Assembly: GCA_016184345.1 (NCBI GenBank)
Contig: JACPCV010000006.1
Span: forward strand, 128,065 to 192,064
Direction of reading: 5' to 3'
From: Candidatus Woesearchaeota archaeon
Lineage (GTDB): Archaea; Nanobdellota; Nanobdellia; Woesearchaeales; UBA10216
DNA: 64,000 nucleotides
Part shown: positions 9,223 through 18,029 of the stretch, piece after piece
Layout of the letters: every line of letters starts with the position of its first letter
How positions within the stretch are numbered: the first letter of the stretch is position 1
The notes under the pieces: model-generated
The model's input: the letters and a program-made list of their open reading frames with translations, nothing else
Databases searched by the model: none
What the model was told of the DNA's origin: nothing
Position numbers and translations under genes: made by a program

Positions 9223-9930
9223 ATGTTGTTCTTAGGCAGCGCTGCGGTTGTAAACGCCCCCATCACCACGCCGTATTTCTTGCAGCATGTCCTGCCTTCC
9301 CTGTGGGAAAGGCTTGCCCAGCTTGCGGCAGCTCCTGTCAGCAGCCCTGAAATGCTTTGGATAGTATTGCCATTGATTGTTACGCTTTTTACGATGGAGT
9401 TTTATTTTGGCAGGTACAGGAGGGAAAGCCTTGGCTGGAACACTGCCGTCGGGAACAGCCTTGTGCTTATTTTTGTTTCACTGGACCTTTTGAGGCAGCT
9501 CTACGGCTCGGCCAGCATTAATTCTATGGCAGACGTCTTCGCGCTTTACCCAGGCAAGACAATCCTGGCTGTTGCCGTTGGCTTCAGCGGCCTGCTGATA
9601 CTTTACTTTGACTTTTTCCATCTGCTGCCAAAGCGCTTTGCGTTCACAATATCCTCATACCTCGGGGTTAACCTGCTTGCTTACCTGTCTGCTGCGGTGA
9701 TTTACGCTAATTTGAGGATTGACTGGTACACGCTTTTCGCAGCCCTGCTGCTTTTCCTTTTCGCGGCTATCTTCTTTGCAGTTGTGCGTAAAATTGAGCC
9801 AAAGTCGGCCGAGCGCTACTACATCAGCAAGGCAGAAAGGATAATTATCTCCATACTAAAGCCACTTGAGAAGGAGCATGAGAAAGACGGGAAGAAAAGG
9901 CAAAGGCGCAAAAAGTCAGGAAAATCATAA
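9223..9930 (+). CDS. Integral membrane protein, hypothetical (about 6 TM), basic C-terminal tail
   Basis: AGAGG SD 6 nt upstream of the ATG. Repeated hydrophobic helices and a KKRQRRKKSGKS tail. Confidence 0.55.
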   Translation: MLFLGSAAVVNAPITTPYFLQHVLPSLWERLAQLAAAPVSSPEMLWIVLPLIVTLFTMEFYFGRYRRESLGWNTAVGNSLVLIFVSLDLLRQLYGSASINSMADVFALYPGKTILAVAVGFSGLLILYFDFFHLLPKRFAFTISSYLGVNLLAYLSAAVIYANLRIDWYTLFAALLLFLFAAIFFAVVRKIEPKSAERYYISKAERIIISILKPLEKEHEKDGKKRQRRKKSGKS

Positions 9931-10911
9931 GCCAACATGCCTTGCATAAGAGGCTTTTGCCTCTCCGGCAGAGCCTGCTTTCACAAGCGCCCTTCCATCC
10001 TTAAAAAGCGTAATGTTTCTGAAGCTGACGCATTCCCCGAAATCAGCCACTTTCTCGCCTGTTTTTTGCAGTTGCAATTTCAGTGCAGGCAAATTGACAG
10101 CTTCCCCCTTTATCTGGTAAGTTCCCCGGCCGCACATCGCAACAGCGCTTTTTGCTTTCTTTCCGTCGAGGTAATCGTGGCTGCTGTCTTTACCGCAGCT
10201 TTTGCAGTTGGGATTTTTCTTCACAGCTATTTTTGCAAGCTCATTTTGCAGCACATTCAGCCTTAGCATTCTGGTTTCAGCTGCAATGCCAATCATCAGC
10301 TTAATTGCCTCTGTTGCCTGCATTGCAGCTATTATGGCTGTTGCCGAGCTTAGTACTCCAACTGTATCGCAGGTTCCTTCGGCAGCAGAATTTCCGAATG
10401 TACAGGCAAAGCACGGCTTCTCTGATTTTTTCCTGAAGTCAAACACCATCATCTGCGCAGTTTCCTTTATGGCTGCCGCATGCACCCAGGCCAGCTTATT
10501 TTTGAGGCAGTACTCGTTAATCATGAATCGGGTTTCAAGGTTGTCGGTGCAGTCAAGAATGACATCAAGCTTTCCGACAGCAGCTGTGATATTTTTATAG
10601 TCAATATCTTTTGCAGCCGCAATTATCTGAATTCCAGAATTGATCTTTTTCAGCTTCCCAGCAGCAGCCAGTGCCTTTGGTTTTCCAACATCGCTTTCAT
10701 CATAAAGCAGCTGCCGCTGCAGGTCTGTTGGCTCAACAACATCCCTGTCGATAATTTTTATGCTGCCAATGCCGGCCCTGGCAAGGAGTTCAGACGCAAC
10801 AGTTCCCAAAGCGCCAAGCCCGACAATAACAGTTGTGCTTCTCAATAGCTTCAGCTGCCCTTTTCTCCCGATAAAGGATAGCAGTTCCTGCCTGTTGTAG
10901 CGCGATGCCAT
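9925..10911 (-). CDS. ThiF/MoeB/HesA-family E1-like adenylyltransferase with C-terminal extension
   Basis: RYNRQELL start and the Rossmann motif VGLGALGTVASELLARAGIGSIKIIDRDVVEPTDLQRQ. CxxC pairs (CFAC, CKSC). ATG at 10911 is preferred over the TTG at 10932. Confidence 0.8.
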   Translation of the reverse strand: MASRYNRQELLSFIGRKGQLKLLRSTTVIVGLGALGTVASELLARAGIGSIKIIDRDVVEPTDLQRQLLYDESDVGKPKALAAAGKLKKINSGIQIIAAAKDIDYKNITAAVGKLDVILDCTDNLETRFMINEYCLKNKLAWVHAAAIKETAQMMVFDFRKKSEKPCFACTFGNSAAEGTCDTVGVLSSATAIIAAMQATEAIKLMIGIAAETRMLRLNVLQNELAKIAVKKNPNCKSCGKDSSHDYLDGKKAKSAVAMCGRGTYQIKGEAVNLPALKLQLQKTGEKVADFGECVSFRNITLFKDGRALVKAGSAGEAKASYARHVGL

Positions 10912-10966
10912 TGATTCTGCTGGAGTGTGCAAATCTTTATTAACCTTTGCCGCTGCCCAAGAGGCT

Positions 10967-12055
10967 ATGGAAAACTCCCGTACAGTGCAGCATGCGAAAG
11001 CGCCCTTAGAAACACCAAAGGAAGCTGTGTTTCTCTACTCTGTTCCAACCGCTGTTTTCCTCTTTGACACAAATCTGAAGCTGCTGCAGAAAGTAAAGGT
11101 TGCAAGCCCGGAAGCTGCCATCGCTGCCCTCACAAGAGGCGAGTGGCTTCCTGAAGAAACAGCCGCAGTGAAAAAAGCTGTTGGAGAGGGAAAAGCAGTT
11201 GTTATTCTCGGCTTCAGGAAAGAGAAAAAAGGTGATGTATCATTCTCGCAGGATGTTAAAAAGCTTGCATCTGCCACTGCTGCAGCAGAGGAGGACATTG
11301 GCAGGTTGAGGGAGATTGTAATCAGCTTCACAAAAAAAGCCGTTGCAGGCTCTGTGTCTGATGACAACCTCATAATACAGGCATCATCATCTGTTGATGA
11401 GCTTAACAAGGCAGCCAACCTTCTTGTTAAGCGCCTTAGGGAGTGGTACGGGCTTTACCTGCCTGAGGTGTCAGTTGGTACGGCAGGCCATGAGGAATTC
11501 GTAAGCCTGATTCTTGGCAGCACCAAAGCCGAGCTTCTAAAAAAGCTCAAGCTTAACGAGAGTGACAGCATGGGCGCAAGTCTTGGTAAAAGCGACGTGG
11601 ATGAAATCTTGGCATTTGCGGCAGTGGTAAAAGAGCTTTACGAAAAAAAGAAAGGCATGGCTGATTACTTGGCCAGTGCAATGAAAAGGCACTGCCCGAA
11701 CATTGCTGCCGTTGCCGGCGCTTCCACAGGCGCAGAGCTTATAGTTCAAGCTGGCTCTCTACAGCGGCTTGCCATGCTTCCGTCTTCAACAATCCAGCTT
11801 CTCGGAGCTGAGCGCGAGCTTTTCCGCCATTTGAAAGACAAGAAGCAGCGCCCCCCAAAGGCAGGCGTGCTGCACAGCCATCCGTTAGTAACTGCCACAC
11901 CTAAACAGCAGCAGGGAAGGGTTGCTAAGCTGCTTGCTGACAAGATTTCAATTGCCGCAAGGGTTGATTATTTCAATGGCAAATTCGTTGGTGACAGATT
12001 GCTTGACGAGCTGAAGAAAAAGCTGGACGCAAGGGCAACAGGGGCAGCGAAATGA
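10967..12055 (+). CDS. nop5: C/D box sRNP protein Nop5 (Nop56/58 homologue)
   Basis: NOSIC/Nop domain pattern: LREWYGLYLPE..., GAELIVQAGSLQRLAMLPSSTIQLLGAE, FRHLK...PKAGVLHSHPLV. Overlaps the fibrillarin start by 4 nt. Confidence 0.85.
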   Translation: MENSRTVQHAKAPLETPKEAVFLYSVPTAVFLFDTNLKLLQKVKVASPEAAIAALTRGEWLPEETAAVKKAVGEGKAVVILGFRKEKKGDVSFSQDVKKLASATAAAEEDIGRLREIVISFTKKAVAGSVSDDNLIIQASSSVDELNKAANLLVKRLREWYGLYLPEVSVGTAGHEEFVSLILGSTKAELLKKLKLNESDSMGASLGKSDVDEILAFAAVVKELYEKKKGMADYLASAMKRHCPNIAAVAGASTGAELIVQAGSLQRLAMLPSSTIQLLGAERELFRHLKDKKQRPPKAGVLHSHPLVTATPKQQQGRVAKLLADKISIAARVDYFNGKFVGDRLLDELKKKLDARATGAAK

Positions 12056-12705
12056 AGCAGATTTTTAACGGCGTTTTTCAGGAAGGCAGGAAGCTGTACA
12101 CTTTAAACAGCAGCCCGGGAGTGCAGCTTTTTGACGAAGAACTTCTTGTAATTGAGGGTAAGGAATACCGCAGTTGGAGCCCATTGAGAAGCAAATTGGC
12201 AGCCGCAATTGTAAAAGGCCTGCCGCAGCTGCCGATAAGCAAAAGCTCAAGAATCCTGTACCTTGGCGCTGCCCACGGCTACACCCCCTCATTTGTTTCA
12301 GACATAGCATCAGGAGGCATTGTTTTCTGCATTGACCCTGCGCCGAGGGTTGTGAGGGATCTTGTCTTTGCTTCTGAAAAAAGGAAAAACATCCTCCCGC
12401 TCCTGGCTGATGCAAACCACCCTGAAGCTTACTACAACCTTACCGGAGCGGTTGACATTGTTTACCAGGACGTCGCCCAGAAGAACCAGATTGAAATCTT
12501 TGTCAGGAATTGCGGCCTTTTCCTCAAGCCTGGCGGCTTTGGCCTTCTGGCGCTGAAGGCGAGGAGCATTGATGTACTGCAGCAGCCGCAGGGGATATTC
12601 CTCGCCGCAAAGAAGGAGCTTGAAAAGAAGTTCACAGTTGTCGACTACAGGCTTCTTTCGCCGCTGCAGAAAGACCACGCATTCTTTGTGTGTGCAAAGC
12701 CCTGA
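12052..12705 (+). CDS. flpA: Fibrillarin-like rRNA/tRNA 2'-O-methyltransferase
   Basis: YRSWSPLRSKLAAAI, SAM-binding motif ILYLGAAHGYTPSFVSDI, and VYQDVAQ. Canonical Nop5-FlpA operon. Confidence 0.9.
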   Translation: MKQIFNGVFQEGRKLYTLNSSPGVQLFDEELLVIEGKEYRSWSPLRSKLAAAIVKGLPQLPISKSSRILYLGAAHGYTPSFVSDIASGGIVFCIDPAPRVVRDLVFASEKRKNILPLLADANHPEAYYNLTGAVDIVYQDVAQKNQIEIFVRNCGLFLKPGGFGLLALKARSIDVLQQPQGIFLAAKKELEKKFTVVDYRLLSPLQKDHAFFVCAKP

Positions 12706-12716
12706 GCGTGACTTTC

Positions 12717-13988
12717 CTAGTCTTTGGTTTCCTGTTCTTTTTGCATGCTCTTGCCTGATTCAGGCTTTTCTGCAACTGCAGCCACTCTCCTGATAGTGCC
12801 TTCGTTTTTGCCGGAATTGCCTTGCCGTTCTTGTTGCTGTCCAGCAGCCTCAGCAGCTTTTTTCCTCTGGCGCTCTATTGCATCCATTGCCTTGGTATTC
12901 GGCGCTTTCACATCCTTTAAGCTGCCTGACTTTTCATCAGAATCATCTTCATTATCGTTTCCTGAGCGGTCCTCACGTTTCTCTTCTTTTCTTTCCCTGA
13001 TTGTTTTCTTCAGCTTGCCAAGGGCTTCGCTGAAATTGCCTTCCTTCCTGGCGTCGCCAAGCGACTCTGCAATTTCACTTACTTTGTTGCCCAAATTAGT
13101 AAGTTCCTCGGCATTGTATTGTGCGCTTTTGTTTTTTTTATCGCCATCTGTTCTGAGGTTTTTGGCGCGCTTCTCTGCTTCGTCAAGGAGCTTCTCTATC
13201 TCCTCAACGTCAGCCCCTTCCGCCTTTTTTTCCAGTATTTGTTCCTTGGCGCGCTCAATTGCTTCTTTTGCGCGTTCCATCTCCTTTTCTGCCCTTTCGT
13301 GCCTGCCCTTAGTAAGCCCTGTTTTTTCGCTTACGTCCATCTCCAAAGCATCTGCCTGCTCGCTGGTGAGGTTGGCGAGGGCTTTTTCCTTAATCTTAAT
13401 CCTGTCCTTCTTTGAATCAAGCTTTATTTCCATCTCGTGGGCCTTATCTTCAATCTTGCTGAAAACCTGCTGCAGGTGTGCAATCTGCTCAGGGCTCATC
13501 CTCTCTTTTTGCCTTTGCAGGATTTCATCCTTGGCCTCGGTAACTTTCATGTAATGGCTTTCTGTCTGGTTTTGCAGCCATGAGATTTTTTCCATTGCAT
13601 TCCTTGCTGCATTGGAATTTCCGTCGCTTTCTATTTCCTCTGCTGCTTTTGTTGCTGTAACCAAGGCTGTCTCGTATTCCCCCTCTGCTTTTGCCGCCTC
13701 TTTGAGCTTGCCTTCTTTGGCCATGGCCTTTACTTCCAAAAGCCTTTCCTGCGCTATCTTAAGGCCTTTCTCGGCCTTGGCTGCCTTGTCGAATGTTAAG
13801 GCCAAGCTAAGTCTGGAAAAGGCTGTTTCTAAGAAGTAAAGCGGGGAGTCCGGCATTACGCCTGCTGTTGCGTCTTCAGCAGCAGCGTTTCCCGCATCAT
13901 CTGCTGAAGCGTTATCTTCATGTGCCAATGCTGCCGGCATTAACAGCAGCAGAAATAAAATAGCAAAAATACCCATTGCACTTCTCAT
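12717..13988 (-). CDS. Secreted Lys/Glu-rich coiled-coil protein with N-terminal DUF5667-like domain
   Basis: GGAGG SD then ATG at 13988. Signal peptide MRSAMGIFAILFLLLLMPAALA, then GVMPDSPLYFLETAFSRLSLALTFDKAAKAEKGLKIAQERLLEVKAM. Paralogous to 14305-16053. Confidence 0.6.
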   Translation of the reverse strand: MRSAMGIFAILFLLLLMPAALAHEDNASADDAGNAAAEDATAGVMPDSPLYFLETAFSRLSLALTFDKAAKAEKGLKIAQERLLEVKAMAKEGKLKEAAKAEGEYETALVTATKAAEEIESDGNSNAARNAMEKISWLQNQTESHYMKVTEAKDEILQRQKERMSPEQIAHLQQVFSKIEDKAHEMEIKLDSKKDRIKIKEKALANLTSEQADALEMDVSEKTGLTKGRHERAEKEMERAKEAIERAKEQILEKKAEGADVEEIEKLLDEAEKRAKNLRTDGDKKNKSAQYNAEELTNLGNKVSEIAESLGDARKEGNFSEALGKLKKTIRERKEEKREDRSGNDNEDDSDEKSGSLKDVKAPNTKAMDAIERQRKKAAEAAGQQQERQGNSGKNEGTIRRVAAVAEKPESGKSMQKEQETKD

Positions 13989-14044
13989 TTTAACACAATC
14001 CTCCCACAACATCTTACAATTTAAGCCTTTTGCTTTTTTGGCAG

Positions 14045-14275
14045 CTAGGCTACCACTTCCATGCCTTCTGACCCTTCCTCCCCAGGGGCTTCGTCCCATT
14101 CAAACTCAAGGTCTATGTCTTCCATCTCTACTTCAATATCTTCTTCAGGCTCACTTTCAGCTGCTTTCGCTGTGAAGCCTTTCATGAACCCTTCTTCCTC
14201 AGGGCTTATCTGGTCGTCATCAAGGTATTCTTCATAGCTCTCGTAAAAGTCGTCATTTGTTTCGCCGTCTCCCAT
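14045..14275 (-). CDS. Small highly acidic protein (76 aa), hypothetical
   Basis: GAGGTGG SD then ATG at 14275. MGDGETNDDFYESYEEYLDDDQISPEEEGF...; lies between the two DUF5667-like genes on the same strand. Confidence 0.4.
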   Translation of the reverse strand: MGDGETNDDFYESYEEYLDDDQISPEEEGFMKGFTAKAAESEPEEDIEVEMEDIDLEFEWDEAPGEEGSEGMEVVA

Positions 14276-14304
14276 GCGTACCACCTCTTCCGGTTTGTTC
14301 AGTT

Positions 14305-16053
14305 TCAGCCTCTTCCCCTTTCGCGGCCATTGCCTCCAGTTTCAATTTCTATCTCAATTTCACCTTCGGCTTCCCGGCCACGAACCTCATCCTCATCAGC
14401 ATTGCCCCTGGCGTTTTCGCTAACCTCAAAATCGCGGCCGCGAATCTCAACTTCCCCATTGCCGCGGCCTCTGCCCCGCCTTCTGTCATCTCCGTCTTCC
14501 CTTTCGTTTTCGTCATCCTTTGCTTCCACCCTTGCAAGGGCTTTTACCTCTTCCACTGGCAGGCCTGTCCGTGAGGCAATCTCGCTGAAAAGGGCTGACT
14601 CATTGGTGAATGGCAGGGAAAACCTGGCCCTGCTGTCGCCAACCTCAACCTTGACCCTGGCCATTCCATCTTCTACTTCAATCTCAATCTCCCTCTCGTC
14701 CTCATCTTCCCTTTCCCTTATCTCTGCGGCCAGGGCTGCTTCCAGGTCTGCCTTCGTCAGCGTGGACAGCTTGTTGAAGATTCCGTCAACAAGCGCCTGC
14801 CTGTCTGTGGTGTTCAGGGCGAACTCGTGCTCAAACCTTACCTGGGCAAGGCCTTCCTTTGCCTTGATTTCGGTTCTCGTCCTTTCCCTAAGCTGCTCTG
14901 ACTCGTTCTCTATTTCGAGGAGCTGACCGATCTGCTCCTTTGACAAGTTTTTCACTTTTGACAGCAGCTCGTCCAGCAATGCAAACCTGTTTGTTGACAG
15001 CGATGTAAACCTCACCTCAACCTTGACTTCTGAGGAGCCGTTGAACGCCTCTGCCTTTATCCTGAGCCGTTCAAAGCCACCCACTGTGGCAGCAGGCAGC
15101 TGGCGCTCAAGCAATCTTTCAGCGTTCCTTGCGAGCCGTTCAGCAGCGGTTGCCTGGCCGAATGCCTCGCCGAACTTGGACTCGTTAAATGCCTGCCTTG
15201 CGCTCTGCAGCCTTGTTTCAGCTTCAAAAATAAGCTGTGCAGCAGTCACGGCTATTGTGGAGTTCACGCTCAGGTTGGCTGCCTGGAGCTTGGCTTTGGC
15301 TTGTGCAATATCTTCAGCTGCGTCTTCAATCCTTGCCTCAGCCCTTGCCATTCTCAGCTCAACAAGGCCATTTACTTGTTCCATCTCGTTGAATTCAAGC
15401 TCTACCTCATTCTCCAGCTTGCCTTCCTCGAATTTAATCTTGGTCTTGGTTTCGCCTTTCTTGTTTTCTATGCTTATCTTTACCTCTCCGGTCTTGTTCT
15501 GAAGCGAATCAAGTATTGAGTCAATGAGCGCCTGCTGTTCTGCAGTTACCTCTCCCTTGACCTTCATCCTTACTTCAAGGTTGCCCCTTACAGTCTCAAC
15601 CTCCATTTCATGCTCTTCAAGCGCTTTCTCAAGCCTTATCTCCTCGTTGGCTTCTGCCCTGGAGTCTGACCTTGAGAGCTTCCTTATGGAATTCTCAACA
15701 CTGGCCAGGATTCGGTCGTGCTCGCGCTGGGCTTTTTGTGCTGCTTCAAGCTTGTCCTCTGATGCCATTGCCTGAACTTCCAGCAGCCTCTTTCTGGCAA
15801 TCTTCAGCCCTTTCTCTGCTTTCTCAGAGTGGTCGAATGCCAGGGCAAGGTTTATCCTATCAATGGCTGTCTGCAGCCCCCATAGAAACGAGTCCGGCAT
15901 TACGCCTAACTTAACTTCAGCGTTGGCGTTTGCATTGGCGCTTGCGCCGGCATTGCCTGTTCCTTCCGCTGCGTGCGCTGCCTGTGCTCCAAAGAGCATG
16001 ACCAAAATCGACAGCACCGCCAAAACTGCGCTTATTGTTATTGACTTTTTCAT
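14305..16053 (-). CDS. Secreted coiled-coil/repeat protein with N-terminal DUF5667-like domain and RG/acidic tail
   Basis: GGAGGG SD then ATG at 16053. Signal peptide MKKSITISAVLAVLSILVMLFGAQAAHA, then GVMPDSFLWGLQTAIDRINLALAFDHSEKAEKGLKIARKRLLEVQAM. C-terminus RRRGRGRGNGEVEIRGRD...EIEIEIE. Confidence 0.6.
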   Translation of the reverse strand: MKKSITISAVLAVLSILVMLFGAQAAHAAEGTGNAGASANANANAEVKLGVMPDSFLWGLQTAIDRINLALAFDHSEKAEKGLKIARKRLLEVQAMASEDKLEAAQKAQREHDRILASVENSIRKLSRSDSRAEANEEIRLEKALEEHEMEVETVRGNLEVRMKVKGEVTAEQQALIDSILDSLQNKTGEVKISIENKKGETKTKIKFEEGKLENEVELEFNEMEQVNGLVELRMARAEARIEDAAEDIAQAKAKLQAANLSVNSTIAVTAAQLIFEAETRLQSARQAFNESKFGEAFGQATAAERLARNAERLLERQLPAATVGGFERLRIKAEAFNGSSEVKVEVRFTSLSTNRFALLDELLSKVKNLSKEQIGQLLEIENESEQLRERTRTEIKAKEGLAQVRFEHEFALNTTDRQALVDGIFNKLSTLTKADLEAALAAEIREREDEDEREIEIEVEDGMARVKVEVGDSRARFSLPFTNESALFSEIASRTGLPVEEVKALARVEAKDDENEREDGDDRRRGRGRGNGEVEIRGRDFEVSENARGNADEDEVRGREAEGEIEIEIETGGNGRERGRG

Positions 16054-16280
16054 TTTACATCCCTCCATATGTGTTGGTCGCCAGCAATCATCTCTGCCTT
16101 CCCGATTGCCATGTGCAGTGCATTACGGGAAATCGGGAACAATCCTGGCCCTGAAGCCCAAAACAGTTCAACACTGTTTGAATTTTCAGTTTTCATCATG
16201 GAGGTTAGTAGGTAAGGCAAGTATTTAGTTAATTCGTGAAACAAGGTGAAACAAGAAGTAACAATGAAGAAACTGGCTGC

Positions 16281-17198
16281 TCAGGCCTTCTTGAGCCTGA
16301 TTTTGTTGGCGTTGCCGTAGGGTATCTTTTCAACAAGGCCTTTTTGCTCGATGCTTCTGAGCTTCCTTGAGAGCTTTACCTTGGAAATGCCGCTCTTTAT
16401 TTCAAGTTGTTTCTGCCACATGCCTTCCTCACCGGCTGTAAGAAGCAGCTCAACAATCTTCTTCTCATCCTCGAAAAGGTTTCTTGTCAGGTCAGAATGT
16501 GTTGTTTTTTCTTTTTCAGCAGTAACGCCTGGGACGGCCGCTGCCCCTGCTTTTCTCCGCCGGTAAAAAGCAATGGTAGCCCCTGCGAGCAGCATAATCC
16601 CTGCTGCCGCAACCGCAACAGCAGTGTTGAATTTGCCTGCTTCTTCATAAATTACAAGGATTGCTTCCCCGTTCACCAGGCTTGTTTCGTTCCAGCTTAT
16701 TATTATCCTTTTCCCGTCTGTCCTGACGCTGCCTGCTCTTGGGATTACCGATGCCTGTGGGGAGTCCAGGCTGTACTTCAGCGTAGCTTCAGCAGGCAGC
16801 CTTACGGTCACAGACTTCCTGGCTGCGCCTATGCCTGCCAGGTCAAGTATGAAGAAGCTGTTCCTTGTTTTTTCAAGGACAGAGCTTGTTGAGTATGAAA
16901 AAACGATTGTGTCAAATGGCTGGCCGCCAGCCTGCAACCTCTTGAAGCTTTTCAAATCAACAACCTCAAAGCTGAGGCCTTCAACAGCAACATCAGCCGC
17001 ATCCTCAGGAAGGCTCCATTCAAATTCTGAAACCTTTGAGTCTAATGTCACTGTAACCTTTACGGAAGCCCCGCTGTTGAGGATGCTGTAGTCAGCAGAA
17101 TAGGCTGCCAGGCCTGCAGCCCCGGCCATCTGTGCAAGGAACAGGACAAGCATGGCTGCCGCGATTGTTGCCAAAGCGAGGCGATGCGTGGCTTTCAT
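16281..17198 (-). CDS. Membrane-anchored protein: signal peptide + extracytoplasmic domain + TM + cytoplasmic winged-helix DNA-binding domain
   Basis: N-terminal hydrophobic signal and a TM at AVAVAAAGIMLLAGATIAFY followed by RRRK. C-terminal EKKIVELLLTAGEEGMWQKQLEIKSGISKVKLSRKLRSIEQKGLVEKIPYGNANKIRL (MarR/ArsR-like wHTH). Confidence 0.6.
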   Translation of the reverse strand: MKATHRLALATIAAAMLVLFLAQMAGAAGLAAYSADYSILNSGASVKVTVTLDSKVSEFEWSLPEDAADVAVEGLSFEVVDLKSFKRLQAGGQPFDTIVFSYSTSSVLEKTRNSFFILDLAGIGAARKSVTVRLPAEATLKYSLDSPQASVIPRAGSVRTDGKRIIISWNETSLVNGEAILVIYEEAGKFNTAVAVAAAGIMLLAGATIAFYRRRKAGAAAVPGVTAEKEKTTHSDLTRNLFEDEKKIVELLLTAGEEGMWQKQLEIKSGISKVKLSRKLRSIEQKGLVEKIPYGNANKIRLKKA

Positions 17199-17233
17199 AA
17201 GATTGGAAAGATGCGCTTTTCCTATTTAAAAGC

Positions 17234-17944
17234 TTATGCGCGGTTCACGAACAGCCTATAGAACTCCGCAAACAGCATTGCATGGTTGTGATTGCTCCTT
17301 GTGCCATTGACCTGGTCTTTCACTGTCTTCGCATTTGCTACTATCAGGGTGAGCGAGTCCTCGCGCGCCTGAAGCGGATGGTGGTATTTTCCTGGCACTG
17401 AAAGCATGCTGACTTTGCCATTGCCGCTGCCAAGCAGGGATTCTGAGGCTTTTTCAGCGCTGTATGCGCCTTCCCTGAGCAAAAAAGCGCTGGCAGAGCC
17501 ATAAACAGGCACATATGATTCAGATTCAGGATGGCTGTGCACAGAAGTGTGGGCACCGGCTTCAAGGTACTGCAAAAGAATGCCAATATCCAAGCTCTCG
17601 TTCAGGAAATGCCCCAGGTAAAGTGCTTGGGAATCCTCAGAGCCGGAACGGGCTGGCTGCTTGTATATTTCAAGCTGGGAGCGCACAACTGCAAGGCTGA
17701 GCTTGCCGGCTTTGATGAGCTTCAGCCCCTTCCCTTCAAAACTTAAAGGCAGGCCTGCTGGCATGCCAGACGTGCTTATGAAGGCCGCAAACACTGCACC
17801 GTCAATGCCTTTAGCCTTCTTGGTGTGGAGAAATTCCCCAGGATTGCCGTCATCTGCATAATGCTGAATCCTGTACCCAACGCCAGGAAAATCTGAGCCG
17901 GAAACGCAAACAAAATCCGCCATTTGCTGAAAGGTAATCGTCAA
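17234..17944 (-). CDS. Hypothetical protein, possibly cupin-like
   Basis: 236-aa ORF. GAHTSVHSHPESESYVPVYG resembles a cupin metal-binding motif. The start is ambiguous (TTG 17944 or ATG 17923). Confidence 0.4.
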   Translation of the reverse strand: MTITFQQMADFVCVSGSDFPGVGYRIQHYADDGNPGEFLHTKKAKGIDGAVFAAFISTSGMPAGLPLSFEGKGLKLIKAGKLSLAVVRSQLEIYKQPARSGSEDSQALYLGHFLNESLDIGILLQYLEAGAHTSVHSHPESESYVPVYGSASAFLLREGAYSAEKASESLLGSGNGKVSMLSVPGKYHHPLQAREDSLTLIVANAKTVKDQVNGTRSNHNHAMLFAEFYRLFVNRA

Positions 17945-18029
17945 CAGTTTTTATTGGTTGCTATCAGCAACGTCTCGCATCAGGCTGCGATGACAGCAAC
18001 CTTTAAAAGCCGTTTCTGCACGCTAGCTG

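Noticed and set aside
12724-15914. Many plus-strand ORFs (for example 12724-13554, 14330-14926, 15023-15502) opposite the coiled-coil genes.
   Set aside because: They are extremely Ser/Leu/Phe/Ala-rich translations, which are the mirror image of E/K/A-rich coiled-coil codons. They have no SD or start context.
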